A stretch of DNA of 63,963 bases, filler included, from Hyphochytrium catenoides (lineage: Eukaryota; Protista; Hyphochytriomycota), in the NCBI GenBank assembly GCA_900088475.1. It is 20 parts of 20 records of this genome, joined end to end, with 100 filler letters (N's around TTAATTAATTAA, not from the genome) between each part and the next. Parts side by side here need not be neighbours in the genome. Positions count along the whole stretch, not along the records: positions 24,370 to 25,651 come from FLMG01001315.1; positions 25,752 to 28,421 come from FLMG01000871.1; positions 28,522 to 29,700 come from FLMG01004219.1; positions 29,801 to 36,092 come from FLMG01001620.1; positions 36,193 to 38,158 come from FLMG01000262.1; 15 more parts are not named here. The stretch is one strand, 5' to 3'. The notes beneath the pieces were generated by a model that was given only the letters and a program-made list of their open reading frames with translations, was not told the DNA's origin and searched no databases. This document shows, piece by piece, positions 24,370 through 38,258 of the stretch (its first letter is position 1; each line of letters opens with the position of its first letter). The position numbers were made by a program, and so were the translations under genes.

Positions 24370-25651
24370 AGTACGTCTTTGAAGACTCTGACCCAGCGAA
24401 GATCAGGACAGCTACCTCCTTTCTTACGGAGAACGCCGCGGAATGGTGGTTGGCTAAGTGCAGTGAGCTGAAGAGGGTAGGAGTCGGTTCTCCATTCTAC
24501 GCCTATGACTGGGAGGAATTTAAGAGCATGATGACCCAGGAGTTTGGCGTTAAGAACAAAGACGATCTGATTCGCGACCGGCTTGCCAAGTTATTCCAGA
24601 GGGGCAGGGTAGATGAGTATATCGCAGACTTCCGAAGACTGTGTTACAAGCTCCCTACCATGACGGATGGGGAAAAGAAAAGTCAATTTATAAGAGGGCT
24701 CAGACCTAGAACCAAGGAGAGAGTGATTATGCAGGCACCTACTTCGCTACAGGAAGCGGAGACAATTGCCCTGCAGTACGAAGAATTTCTCTATCAACTG
24801 GAGCAAGATAGGAAGAAGGAATATCCGCGTCCGGACAATCAATATGGCAGAGATCGACCACAGGGCCAACCCAAGGATGCTGATAGGGGTGGTAGACATA
24901 ACAACATGGATGGAAGACATTCCAAAAAGCCACCCGGAGGCAAACCCGGGTCAGAGAGTAAGAAGGAGGCTTACGAGAAAGGACTCTGCTTCGAATGTGG
25001 CAATAGAGGGCATAAAGCTAGGGAATGCCCTCAAAAGGTAAAACCACAGGAAGGAGACAACAAATTTATGTCCATCTCGACCGCGTTTGACGTGGATGAC
25101 GAGATAGTACCCTTAGCGGCCTTGGAAGGTACTATCGACGGGATGCCGGTGGATATACTGGTGGATAGTGGGTCTTCGGTGAACTTTATTGATCCCACTG
25201 TCCTTCCAAAGGGTTTCACGCGTAAGGGGCAACCGCTGGAAGTCACGCTAGGAGACGGGAGTAAGGTCATGGCTGGGCAAAGTTTCAAGAATGTACCCTT
25301 TACGCTCGAAGGGGTCAGTCTGGTGCTCTCCTCAGGACGCCTTATGAAGTTGGACAGGTATAAAGTAGTCCTAGGTATGCCTTGGTTGAGGCAGGTTGAT
25401 CCACTGATCAGCTGGAGGGAACGGAAGATGACTCTAAAGGACTCAGCGGGAGGAAGTACCACCTTCTCTTTCCAGACAGTGCCTAGCAATGGGGGATCAT
25501 TACGACTGCTGACCTGCGAGAAGCTGCAAGAGTTGCTGCAGCAGCAAGAGTTAGCAGATGAAGGCTACCTTGCAGTCATGTCTTCTACGCTGGAAGGTGG
25601 GGACAATCAACCCCAAGGGCTCAGAGAGTTGCTACAGGAGTTCGCCGATGT
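24370..25651 (+). mobile_element. Ty3/gypsy LTR retrotransposon gag-protease fragment, uninterrupted frame
   Basis: Retrotransposon gag (L.QRGRVDEYIADFRRL; FIRGLRP), a CCHC zinc knuckle CFECGNRGHKAREC and an aspartic protease LVDSGSS...VLGMPWL are all in one frame across the contig. Confidence 0.95.
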
Positions 25652-28600
25652 NNNNNNNNNNNNNNNNNNNNNNNNNNNNNNNNNNNNNNNNNNNNTTAAT
25701 TAATTAANNNNNNNNNNNNNNNNNNNNNNNNNNNNNNNNNNNNNNNNNNNNTTCCAGGACATGCACTATGGATGATCAATGCAGTGCAAGAACTAGAATA
25801 TTCAACAGGTCCACAAATAGAAGAGTGAATGCGCGTCTCCGAAGGGCGTTCAGTAATCTACTGATGTTTGATTAGCACTAGTCGTAAAGGTAAGGCGCAC
25901 GGACGTATGGGCGCACGTATGAGGACGCCGCCGCCCTACTTCCAATACTCTCAGTGGCCGACGAGCGAACTTCTACAGTCTAAACATTGCTGCATCAAAT
26001 ACGGAATATTCGAACCAACAGTCATATGGCATAAGCGGCTTTTGCAAAAGAGACAAGGATGATATAAAACTCAGAGCAGCAGCGGGAGAAGAACGCCTCT
26101 TTCTTTGATGCTACTCAGAACTGAGCCTAATGGCCTGTGGATTGCCGAGGTTCACCAGCAGCAGCTTGGCAAGCATTTAGCTCGTAATAAATAGAAGCAA
26201 ATTCGATAGTACCCGTGCGTTGGACAAGCTTCAATGGGTACTTTACGTCTGCAGCGGGCAGAGCTATGAGTGAAGTGTTATGACGCTCGTCTAATCTACG
26301 TACTTGTACAGAGAGGACAGGCGATTGTTGGAGCATTATTGGAAGATTAAAAGAAATCTTGAGCGCTTCGTCTCACCCAACGAGGCGCGGCGGACAGGAA
26401 GCCGCAGCCCACAACAGCAGGAGGAGGAGGCAAATGACACGAACATGCCAGGCCAGCAGCCGCGAGCGAGGGAGAGAGGTCTTGAGATGAGAGCTGAAAG
26501 GCTGTACCGTACTACTGTAGGTAGCGAATTTGCAGCAGAAGAATCTTTTGATTTTTTAGTTCTCACTGAAAGCTCCTAGATCGTCGATACGCTTCTGCCG
26601 AAGAGATTGAGCGCTACTGCAGGAACTCCGCCCCCTTTCTTCGACTTAACGGTTCGCGCAACGGTTCGTCTGCCATGGGCATAAGCGACTATCTTGGGGC
26701 GGCTGAAAGGAGTGCTCAAGCTATTATGGGTGGCTACTTTTGCAGCTAAAAATGATAGGAAGGGATGCACATTAGGTAATCAGAGTCACCCACGCCCATT
26801 GTCGTCCCTGGGCAGTGATGGAGGACGCAGTTCCATTGTGAGACCAGCCACATTCCTAGCTGTGGCCCAGCCCCGTAGTCCTGTCTAAAGATCCACCATG
26901 ATGTGTGAGGCAGCTTTAGCCTTGGCCAAAAATCAGCCTTGACCTACAATCAGCCTCGTTGGCAGCAGCAATCGTCGTCGTCATCATCATCAGATGTCCT
27001 CCTCATCAACATTCACTCAGGAGTCCGCCGCCGCGTGCCATCAATCCGCAGCCAACTCCTGCGTGCTCGTCACTCTTGCTTCTAAATTCATCAACATTTG
27101 GTCTCCTTCTTGCCAGTCCCTCTACAACGAAGAACAAAGATCCGACCTCGTATTCTGTATTTCTATGACGCCTATCGTGCGCGCATTGCTCTCTATGACC
27201 TTGTAATGCTCTTTAAACCAAACTAAAAGTATCCAAAAGGCCAAATCCGCACCGACTTTCCCTAGAAATGAATTCTCTCTGACGTTGGTTCGGCCTTCGC
27301 CCCTCCTAAGAACCAAAGAGGGCGCTCTGGGAGAGATGGGAGTGGGAGAAGAGAGAGAATCAGAAGAAGAACGGAGCCTTTAGAACTCTATGAAGAAGAG
27401 TGAGAAGAGAGAGAACCGGTGCAGAAGAAGAGAGTCTCTGCTGGACAGGTAGAACGACGAGAGAGCCTGCCAAAGAGCAAGGGAGGGGAGAGGACCAAAG
27501 AAAGAGAGCAGGACAGGCGTACCATGTCGTGGTCCCACCAATCATTGCTGTTTGAGGACTGAGCATAGCAGCAACAAAGCAAGGAAGGTGCAGGGGAGAG
27601 AATGGGAGAGGAGCATAGGGCAGGATGATTTTGAAAACGGATAAATAGAACCTCTATTCAGAGATCAGAGAGACCAGGACGGGATAGTGAAAATCAGGAG
27701 AGGAGAAGAAGCGAAAGCCGCAGCGAGAGGCAACTAGGAATAACCCGTCATCATCATCATCTGCTTCGTACAAGGAAGACCGCTCCTAAGCAATCTTTTA
27801 CTTATTAGCCAACACTTTTTTGCCCAACGCTATTTCAGAGAGGATGTCTTCGTTCTTTCAAAAAGACGGCCAACTTTTGGAGCTCAGTCAAACCTCCTAC
27901 CCCAACTGATTGACACAGGAGGAAGAGAGAGAAGAAGTAGACTGACTATTAGGCTCGTCGCGGATGATGGGATGATGGTACATCACTGTACCAGAGAGCG
28001 CCAAATCCAGTTCTTTGGCCGCCTGATGATGGAGAGCACTGTCTGAGCCACGGAAGCACTGATCACTGCAGGAAAAAATACTATTTAGTGTGCCAAGCAC
28101 AACATCCTTGGGCCTAAGATCAAATATAGTGTTATGCCCATCGTTCTAGACAATGGGTTTGCCTGCTTTCTTACTTCATCTGATAGCACCTGTCTAAGCC
28201 AATGTTAAGAAGACGATCTTGTACAGGTAGACCCTAATGGTGGCTACGTAGCAACCGCTGCGATAATAAAGAAGGGGAGCAGATGAAGTATCAATCAATG
28301 TCACCGCTGCATACTGTCATTCTTCTGATCAATGTGGATTTATATCATCGTCTTGATATTCAAACTGGGCACAGCGGCACAGTATGGAAGCTTATCATCT
28401 GTCTGTCACCTTAAGAGCTCGNNNNNNNNNNNNNNNNNNNNNNNNNNNNNNNNNNNNNNNNNNNNTTAATTAATTAANNNNNNNNNNNNNNNNNNNNNNN
28501 NNNNNNNNNNNNNNNNNNNNNCACGGTATGAGCATCGCCTATTGTCCCGCCACTCTACGAAGGCTCTTCCAAAGCCATGCACCTTTGTCGCGAGTTCTTA

Positions 28601-28666
28601 TTCTCTTCTTCCCTTTCAACTCGGCTGCTCCAAGTTACGATTGTCCCAATCTTTGCTCCTTGTTAG

Positions 28667-29417
28667 CTTGACCACCGCAGTACTTATGAGTGTCCGGAAC
28701 ATAGGGAACATCAGTTCATGGCAAACAGTCAGGAGTTTATAAAGGACAAGAAGAACGTGGAGATCTTGTTAGGGCTTCTAGAGGAGCAAGCACCATGGAT
28801 TCGCTATCCTACGATAGAGTTGTTGAAGACATTGCTTTGGAACTCGGTGCGTACAACGCCAATTACCTATACTCCTCAGACTCTCCGGCTTGCTTACCGC
28901 CATCATTGGGGATCTTGTGGCAGAGTGTTAGGTTGCAGGCTGTCATCCTCCAATGTCCTGCCGCAATGATGAAGCTAATGGACGGTACGCTTTTTCTCCC
29001 ATATCGATGCATCGTCCTCTAGAGAGCATGATACTGACTCTTTTATCTAATATGCTACCCTATGTCGCCCAGTCCTGGACGATGATCACGACCACATTCG
29101 TTATGCTCTACTATGTGTACTTATTAAGCTGACGGAGAAGAATCAGGAGCTACAGCAGTTCATGGCGTTCAATGAAGGTTTCGAAAGGCTCTTCCTGATC
29201 ATGCACAGAGAAGGGATGAAACAGGTATGGGAGCTTTAACGGATGTCACAGTTTTTGGCCCGAGATTTCCATTTCACCTCCCCGAACCGCCTTATGCTCT
29301 GCCATGTCGACTTCTCCTTATAGGGAACAGCAACCGTGGCAGACTGTCTCCAGATAGTCAGCAATATTTTGGCCGACAACGATGTGACACAAAAATACTT
29401 CCTTCATAGCCCTTGTG
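28667..29417 (+). CDS. USO1: USO1/p115 vesicle-tethering factor, armadillo head region, internal exons
   Basis: Spliced exons give FIKDKKNVEILLGLLEE..IRYPTIELL, LQAVILQCPAAMMKLMD/VLDD, LTEKNQELQQFMAFNEGFERLFLIM.REG and VADCLQIVSNILADNDVTQKYF, the conserved p115 head motifs. Confidence 0.88.
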
Positions 29418-29896
29418 GTGAGCCCGCTTGATCGTCTTTGCGATAGATACAAGGCTGATGTCGCTTGTCTTTATCCCACAACGCCACTACCGTTCCACCA
29501 TTCCTTTTGCAACTCTGCGCGTGGGTGATGGGACCTACAACTTTCCTCCTCCCCAAATCGCGTGCTTGCCGTTCGAACAGTTGCGAATATGCCAGACCTT
29601 CTCTCTCTTCAGGGCTCAGAACCACCATTGCAGCTAGAGCCGTCTTCTCCCAGATCTGAAGGGCTGAGTAGAGGCCGGTCTATGTCTGTGGACTTAGACG
29701 NNNNNNNNNNNNNNNNNNNNNNNNNNNNNNNNNNNNNNNNNNNNTTAATTAATTAANNNNNNNNNNNNNNNNNNNNNNNNNNNNNNNNNNNNNNNNNNNN
29801 CATGGCCTCTGCGACGAGAAAGAAGTAGGCTAATCGAGGGCGATGAGGACGGGTTGTGGGTATGCAGGAGGTGCACCGAGAATGAAAAGCTCTTAC

Positions 29897-31286
29897 CAGG
29901 CCCACTGCCAGAGATGGCTGTGGCCATGTCAATATAGTCCTCAGAAGCTACGTAGACCTTTATGATCACCAGCGGGGAAAGAGGAAAGTGTAAGCATGAG
30001 GGGGCCCAGGAGTATTGAGGGAAGAGATAGGGCAGGGCAGAAGAATTAATGGAGAGGACTAGAATGGGATAAGCAGGTGATGGGAGCACATTGGACAAGT
30101 GCAAAAGTTACCTCATCTCCAAAGGATCGCAGTATACCTCGAGCTTGGAGTCTCTGTTCCTTTGAAAGTGAGTCGGAGCAGGTCCAAACGGTCATACCGT
30201 GGCCGACCATAGCCGGGGTGTTGGGCATACTCCTCACTACGCGGGTCCCTTCCCCTAACCAGTCCATAAAGGCTAGCAAACAAGGAGCAAAGACAATAGC
30301 AGGAGGTACCCACCAGGAAGGGATTTGTTACGCTTTAGGCAATTGAAGAGAGTACAAAGAGCGTGGATGGGGGCATTACCTTTCTTCTTGATGCCTGCTG
30401 CAATTGAAAGCAGTAAAGCATCATCCTTTAACCTGCCGTGAAGATCTTGCAGAACCTGGGCACCAGTATTTCTCAGAATTTGATTGTTAACTTCAGTTTG
30501 CGGCCATTCTTTTTGCTCGTTCTCACGATCATTTGGTCTTGATCTTCCTTATCGCTCTCCCTCGTCGTCTTTGATGAGCATGTATGTTTCACCACTATAC
30601 GCACCTCGTCCATGGTCTGTGGCTTCACAGCAAAAACAATAACATCTGCATCTTCAACGGCATCCTGCACTTTTGGAGAGACGGAAAGACCCATCTTCTC
30701 AAAGACTTGAAGCCGTGCAGCATTGGTATCTGCTACGTGGATTTTCCTTTTCTTTAAGATGCCCTGCCTGAGGAGACCCCCGATCATTGCCTCCGCCATT
30801 TTGCCTCCTCCGAGAAAGGTTATCTTTGAGATTGCCTTCAAGGAGTCTGACACATCTGACCAGATGAATGAGCAAATGGAAGGAGTGAGAAAAGGGGAAC
30901 AAGGCAATGAGAAGATACCTTGGGGATGTGGGGGATGCAGAGAACAAGACGAAGAACAACGGTCCTCGTAGAAGAAGAAGCTAAGATGGGAAATCGATTA
31001 GCAATGAGAAAGACAGGTCACTGGCAGCCTCGCAATTTTGCGGTACTCTGATCCGTCATGATATAGATATCCCACCTGCAGATGAGTCGCCGGAGGAGCT
31101 TCCTAGGGCTCTACGGTGCCCCATAAGCCCTAACGGTTTTCCTTTGTGCACGTGTAGCTGCTTCCATACAGATATTAAAGCAAAGAATTAACTTGAATAG
31201 AGAAAAGATAGCAAGCAGCGTACCTGCGGGGAAGGGACCAATCGAACCGGCCGCCAGACCTTTCTTACGAGGGAAGAGCAATACAT
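29897..31286 (-). CDS. PYCR: Pyrroline-5-carboxylate reductase with probable mitochondrial presequence (3' truncated)
   Basis: Motifs ITFLGGGKMAEAMIGG, VIVFAVKPQ, LLSIAAGI, VVRSMPNTPAMVGHGMT and DMATAISGSGP. The first exon MYCSSLVRKVWRPVRL is Arg-rich. Confidence 0.93.
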
Positions 31287-32335
31287 CGTGGTCCTATCAG
31301 CCAACAAGGCACTTCTCAGCAGTACTATTTTTCGTTAAAGCGAGCGCAGGGTGAGGGAGGCCGGGACTGGATACAACCCTCACGCAGGTCACGTGCTTTA
31401 GATGTCGCGTCGACACCAGGACAGAAGGGTACCGCTCACCCGTTGAAGTGCTGGGCTGTTTCATACACGAACCACAGTCCTTACGAACACCCAGATTATC
31501 GGATGTTACCGTCGCCCCGCACCTGTCAGTTCCCGGTAACAATGGGCAGCGTAGAATGTCACGCGTAGACTGACTGAATAATGAGCTTCAAGCTTCAATT
31601 GAGCTTCAAGAAATCTCTGCTTTGGATCGCCAGGAGAGATTCTGAAAGGTCAACAGCAAGAGTTCCTTGTTTGTTACAAAGGAACCTCGGTAGCGGTTAA
31701 CGCCCAGAATGCAAGAGTTGTGCGTTGTGCGCGTATGTAGTGTTCGGAGCTTTGAGAGGCGTCGTAGCTGCCAGGCACTGAATAAATTGGGAGGAGAGCC
31801 AGAGCCATTCTGCCATGAGACAGAGAAGGAGGAACTCGGAGGAGAAGAGATTTAGGGAAAGAAAAGGCGAGATAATTTGGCCTCCCATTCTTCCCGCATT
31901 TGTTCAGTACTCCCCCTCGACCTATCCAATGACAGCCTCCAGCCCAAAAAGGAAAGGGTTTTTACGAAAATTGAGGTTGGAGGTCCCTACCAAAATCTAC
32001 CAAAATGGCCAACATGCGCCAAACAATTACAGTCTCTGTTAGACAAGCTCAACCTTTCGAAATTCGGGGCCGTTGGGGAGCGATTCTGAAGCTTCAAGTT
32101 GTGCCGGAGATTACGGCCAAGAAAGCTTCATCTGGAGAAATCCGCGTGCGTGGTCAAAGTATGTGCATCTGCAAAGCTTGTGACGTCCGCAGTTTAGATG
32201 AACCTTAGATGTATATCAGGGAAAACGCGGCCTGTTCTTTGAAGGTAAAGGCTATTCAAGTGGACGGCTTTGGTGTGGCTTGACACTAGCCACTATTTCA
32301 TGGTAAATAGCTGCTTTGATGTCAAGGCGCAAACA

Positions 32336-32920
32336 ATGGCCAAGCGGACCTACCGACGAGGCGCTGCGCCGATTTGGCAGAGTTATGCGGAACAAATCAG
32401 AAATGCAAGCTCTTCAAGTTCTCCAGAAAGTACCTCAGACGGCGAAGAGAGTCCTGATACACAGACACCAAGAATTGCAGTCGTTGCGAGCAGGGTGGAT
32501 CCTACTCCAACATACCCATCCCTACTTCGGCGGAGCTCTACAGCAGGTATTGTCCATATGAGGATCTCACGCCTGTTCGATAGATCTTATGAGCTTCTTC
32601 TTTGACCTAGATGGAGCTATTAAACGAGCGCACGATATGAAGGAGAGCGGGGAATATGAAGCCTTACTGCAGGACATAGAGTATTTACTGGTAAGGGTAC
32701 ATCCTAACATTGTGATCGGCCAAGTCTCAGGTTCATCCTCTCAGGACGGCGTGGTAAAAGAGGACAACGATAAAGTCAAGCTCTCGAGTTGCTCTAAACT
32801 GGCTAAGGCGTTGATGGAACCGAAAATTGGCTTTTTAGCAAGGGCCCACGGGATAATTCCCCGACTCTTCGGATTGATTGGAGTCGCGGTAAAATGCAAC
32901 ATCTCTTTCTCTCTCTCCCT

Positions 32921-32980
<60 letters not shown>

Positions 32981-35688
32981 CTTTGTTTCTCTCTATGTAT
33001 ATATATATGTGGGATGCATCTGGCTCTCTTCAGCTCTTCAAGTCTAGAGTGTTCCTTTAGATCTCTACGGAAGGTAGAACTACTCTCAGATGTTGCGCGG
33101 AAGCACTCTTATTACCCATACAATGAGTCTCCTAAATTGCCCTTAACGGAATACGCACTGATCGGAATGTTACATACAGTCTACGAGCTCAAATGAGGAC
33201 CTTCAGATCCTCATCCTTGCCATCATCCTTTTTCTAATGGAAGACAGGTACGGAGAAGAGACATCCTGCTGGTTGAATAGACTCTGAGATTCCCATGCAG
33301 TCACAATATTGGGTGTCTAGATTCGGGACATATAAGCTGGTTGCTCAGTAAAACGAAGGGACAGATTTTGAAACCAGAAAGTAAGGGGAGCCTTTCCAGT
33401 TCTCCTCAAAGAGGGCCCGGTTTGAAGAAGCGCCAAACGATTTTGAAGAAGAGGAATAAACTCGAGCATAGAGCTTCCTCTCCAATAGCTGGCCTTCTAC
33501 GTGGTAGCAAGCATTGGACTCCAAGTCTCCAAGCTGACGAGGTAAGGTGACCAAGCCTCTTCGTCAGACGATTGGTCTCTTGGTTGACACTCTTTTGCCT
33601 TCGGCTCTAGTAGATTGGAGCTGGGTACATAGCCCTATGCATTCTTGTTCAAGCCTCGCAGTATGAGGTAAGGGCGTTTCACCTGGAGAGTCTTTATCTC
33701 TACTGAGAAATGCAAAAAGGAACTTCCTGACTCCAAAGCCGCGGACCAAAGCGATATGGACAACCTTGCAGACAAAATTGACGTACTCAAGGAAACTTTT
33801 CTGGCAAATGGCGGTCATTTAGTTATTGCGGCAGATGTTAATAGCCGCTGGGAGGAGACGAGACCTATGGTCGTGGAGCTGACCAAGGTACATATCTTTC
33901 CCCTCACTTCTGACTTGGAGTCCAGAGTTTGATGTAAGGAAGAGTTCAATATTAACGCCACTTTCTCTCCTCTCTTCAGGCTGTAGCTTCCTCTCACGAT
34001 AAACAACCAGCGACACTATCACCAGCCCTTGCAAAAGCGCTGAGCATCCTTACATTAGAGTTAAAGCTTTTGGAGAATGTGACCTTTCTGAGTACAAAGG
34101 GCCAAGCAGACCTCACCAGCCAAGGTATGCTTGCAAATCGATTCAATGGGGCTTTTCATAAGTGGTTCTGAATATGCAGTAGGCTTTGGTTTAGCCTGCG
34201 CCACTCTCAGTACACTAACATATTCTCTCTTTACCCTATAGAGGGAACTGTTGGGACTATGCTGAGAATGCTGGAAGTAACAGAACATATCCTTTCCAAC
34301 TCTACTTTTTGCCAAGCTTCATATAGAGTGGAGTCGGCAGTTATCCTTAACCATTTCTCACCTATCCTTTGTCTGACGCAAAAGCATATTCAAGAGCAAG
34401 ATCTTCAGAAATGTAAGTAGACAAAAACCCGTTACTTTGGACCCATGGTATCCTATCCCCGCTGACTTTGATTTACCTAACAAGGCTGGGACATGTCCAA
34501 TGTCGCCATAAGTCTCCTAATCAACTTGACGCATCACAACATGGACGGTTGTCGAAGTGTGGCCGCCAATGAAGGCATCGATATTCTTTTGCGCCTTTGG
34601 GTCTCGTTTAGCAAAAAGATAGAAGCTGGGGATAGAGGGACGGAGAAGGTACGCGACCTCCGCCTATTTCCTTGGTACGTGTTCGCTAACGCGCTCCTTC
34701 TAGAGTCGGTTTGATGTTATCTTGCGGATCTTAAGTGCTTTAGCCAACTGTATGGAGAAAACAAGCGAGAACCGAGAGCGCTTTCAAAGGCTTGGTATAG
34801 TATGCAGTTTTGAGGAAAACNNNNNNNNNNNNNNNNNNNNNNNNNNNNNNNNNNNNNNNNNNNNNNNNNNNNNNNNNNNTGTCTCTGAAAGCAAGATCCT
34901 CACGAGCTGCCAGTAGTTCTCTTGTAAGTATACTTCGTATTTACACTATACCTTTACTGGCGATATGGTTCCTTTCCTTATGCTCCTTTCATTCCGCAGC
35001 TTTCGGCGCCTTCCTTTGCAGCCCAAAGCCTCCTCCGGTATTCCGAGCCCTTTGCCAAGGAGCTCATTACAGGAACGGACAGTATCAAGGATCACGGTCG
35101 GTCACTACGTCCCCATACCGTTCAATATCTCGCGCCTGATACTAACCATACTGGCCTCATCGTTCAGCAGAAGGCGGCTCATCATGGCACCCTGAAGATC
35201 TTCTTGTATCAGCGTATTGTGCTTGTTTCATCGGGTTCTTAATGAGAGAGAATGAAAAGAATGTGAAGGAAATTAGGAAAATGTTGCCGCGGGAGACTTT
35301 CCGTCCACTTATACGCATTCTAGAGGCCTTCGCATCCTTCCAGAGACATGTCGGAGTTCTGACGAGGGACATCCTTGACACAATAGTTAGCCTTATAGAA
35401 GAGCTCAAGGCTTTAGACCCGCAAGCGGCCGACGATGCAGCGACGGACCAAGCAGCGAACGGGTTAGGCAGCAGGGGCATCCCTTCCACGGGGGATCTAA
35501 ATGACGTACAGGCTAAGCTGGAAAGCATCAAGGGACGCCTGCTCCAAGCCAGCGAAACGACGTTTGACCTTGATAAGCTCAAAAGAGAAATAGAAGAAAG
35601 CAGGCGGCCGCCACAAGAGGACGTAGAAGAGGAGCCCTTATCCCAGAGTATAACAATCCCTCCTCCGGTAAGAAGTTTTACAGCGTGA
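32336..35688 (+). CDS. WAPL: WAPL cohesin release factor, multi-exon
   Basis: N-terminal MAKRTYRR, WAPL domain start AHDMKESGEYEALLQDIEYLL, then LLINLTHHN..GC, ILSALANCMEKTSENRE and C-terminal AYCACFIGFLM..IRKMLP..FRPLIRILEAFASFQ. Confidence 0.85.
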
Positions 35689-38113
35689 GTAGAAGATAGA
35701 AAATTGCCGGGCCGATATCAAGCTTTGGCCAAAGTCGCAAAAGAATATGAAAGAAGAGAGAAGCACCTCTTTGACAAACCCAAGAAGGAACCTCAAAAGC
35801 CATATTATTGTCTTAGGAGACCCCTTCACAAGGCGTGGGGAAGGCGACAACCGTGCTTCAACCTACTCCTCCAGCCTCAGCTTTTCACTTGGGGTCTGGA
35901 AAAACATCCGTTACTGCCAGCCCCATCGAAGGGTTGCAGAAACTTGCAGAGGTTCAGGTGTGAAATAAGATTGGAGGATCATAAAGACATCGCCTAACAA
36001 TCTTCATCCTGGTTACTACCACAGCTCTCGTGGACTGGCTTATTTGAAGTTGCCCAAGATTCACAGGAGGCAGAAGTACATACACGCAGAAGNNNNNNNN
36101 NNNNNNNNNNNNNNNNNNNNNNNNNNNNNNNNNNNNTTAATTAATTAANNNNNNNNNNNNNNNNNNNNNNNNNNNNNNNNNNNNNNNNNNNNCTCTCTCT
36201 CTCTCTTCTTTCTCCCTTTTTCTCTCTTTTCCAACCTCACCTTCCTGTTCCCAATGCTCAAAGGATTCACTGATGCTGACCGCTAACGCCTAGATCATGT
36301 AACGGAAAGCAGAGCAGCGGAGGAGAAGTGGCTTGGTCTCTGGGTAATCAATGCTGCTTGTTGGTTGGCAACTGGCGCTCCATGCCATCCGTGGTCCAAG
36401 GATTGCATCCGGCTTCTAGTTGTTAGGACTAGCAAAGCGCGCAGAAAGAAGGATGATGAGTGGAAAGCTCCACGGAGGCCTGACGCAATCTAAGAGTAGC
36501 AGCGATATAAGGATAAAGATGGCGGAGCTTCAGTGTGAACAACAATCTTCAGGAGGCGGTTTATCTTGGTGGTTCCTTTAAAATTAAGAGAGGTCTCCTG
36601 GACTCTCATCGAGAAAATCGTGTAGGGAGTTAGCAGGTTGAGTTAGTCAATCCAATAGGTGGTTCGTGAAGCCCATCTCTCTGTGGACATCGGCATCAGG
36701 TATGGCGGGAGCGAAAGGGTGGATGTGACGAATTGGGAACGAAAGGGTAGATTGAGGAACGTTCTGGGCAACAATCGTTAATAGAGTAGGGTCCTACCCC
36801 ACTAAAGACCACTTGCCACTGAGTCTCTTCCTAGGTTGAGGAGGATAGAGTCGACAGACTCGATCACTTACCTTGAGCTCAAGAAGGCGTTCAATCTGTC
36901 TGTTGGGCGAAGTTAGATGCAGATGCTGGCTATTCTTCTCCCTATGACCTCTGGCATCATCATAGGAGGGTACCTCTTGTTCCTACTCATTCACATTTGT
37001 CTCACCTTTCGGGCAAAACCTTCTAAAGTTGCATCGATCTAGTCTCACCCAACACGAAGCACCTGAGACCCCAAAGAAGAGGCTTTCGCTAACACTTTCT
37101 CAGTCTTGTCGATCCAACGCTATGCCTTCTTTTCTGTATAGACGGTTGAGCGCCAACCTAAGCCCGCTCTTTAAAATAGGCGATTAGGTCTATCGTCGTT
37201 CCTATCCCCGATCTAGGAAAGGACCCATTGGCAAGTTGTCTTCAATGTGGGAAAGGACCTTAGTAACATTGTGTTGGCCTGAGAGGTCCTAGCTCTTATA
37301 AGATGGAGAAGGCACCGAACAATGCCAAGCTGTAGCCAAGGTACTCGCAAACGGTTCTTTGTCCTCAGGAGAGGTCTCACCAAGACAGTACATGCTCCTT
37401 ATCAGGCTAGCGACCGACTGCAGTTCACTTGGAGGTCGGGTAGCTGTTCTACTAGACTGCATTCACTCTCATTTTTCACTCTCTCCTCTGTTAGTACCCT
37501 GTCTTTCCCTCTGTCCGAACCTTTGGCTTGGTATAGGGTCAGGCATTCGGCTTTGGCCTCCCTAGTATGCAGGGAGAGATTATCCATCATGCATGGGTTG
37601 ACTCACTGCTGCTCTCGAGGAAGGATCTTTCACTTGTTGGCCCCTGTACTTGATCAACAAGCTCCTCCATCATACGGCTTCTGACGAGGAACTGGCTCCC
37701 TTTATATAACCCGTAACGCTTCCACCTCCCTCCATAGAAACTTACATGCCTAACGAAGATGACCGACGTTAGCGGCTACTCATAGAAATTAACCAAGGGC
37801 AAGGCCGTTTGCGGCTTTCCATCCAAGGTTGAGGGATGAAATGGTACATTTTATTAGCGGTGGAAGACAGAGCCGTTTCACAGCCGTCCTCCAGGACCTG
37901 CTGAAACTGTCTTCAGGGCCTAAGAAAGCACCTTTGGAGGAGCTTTACTCCTCATCATAGAACCCTAAAATATTCACCTCTCTTTCTCTTCTTCTCCTTC
38001 TCCTCCTCCTCCTCCTCCTTCATTCCTAGCTGTTGCCCTCAAACTATAGTCCATAAAAACAATGCATAGTTCTAGCCCCACCCACTCCGAGTTTCGGGCA
38101 TAAAATAGGGTCC

Positions 38114-38158
38114 TTAGAGCATCTCCACCGGGGGTCTCTATCGCTATCTCTATCGCTA
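38114..38158 (+). mobile_element. Probable terminus of a PIF/Harbinger (Tourist-like) element
   Basis: TTA followed by GAGCATCTCCA matches the canonical Tourist/PIF TIR start and 3-bp TTA target. The contig breaks ~30 nt later, so the other end is not visible. Confidence 0.5.
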
Positions 38159-38258
38159 NNNNNNNNNNNNNNNNNNNNNNNNNNNNNNNNNNNNNNNNNN
38201 NNTTAATTAATTAANNNNNNNNNNNNNNNNNNNNNNNNNNNNNNNNNNNNNNNNNNNN

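Noticed and set aside
25752-28421. Short ORFs in non-repetitive sequence
   Set aside because: No recognisable motif or exon chain. Possibly decayed transposon or intergenic DNA.
36193-38100. Stop-riddled coding-like sequence
   Set aside because: No diagnostic gag, pol or transposase motif was found, so it cannot be classified without searches.
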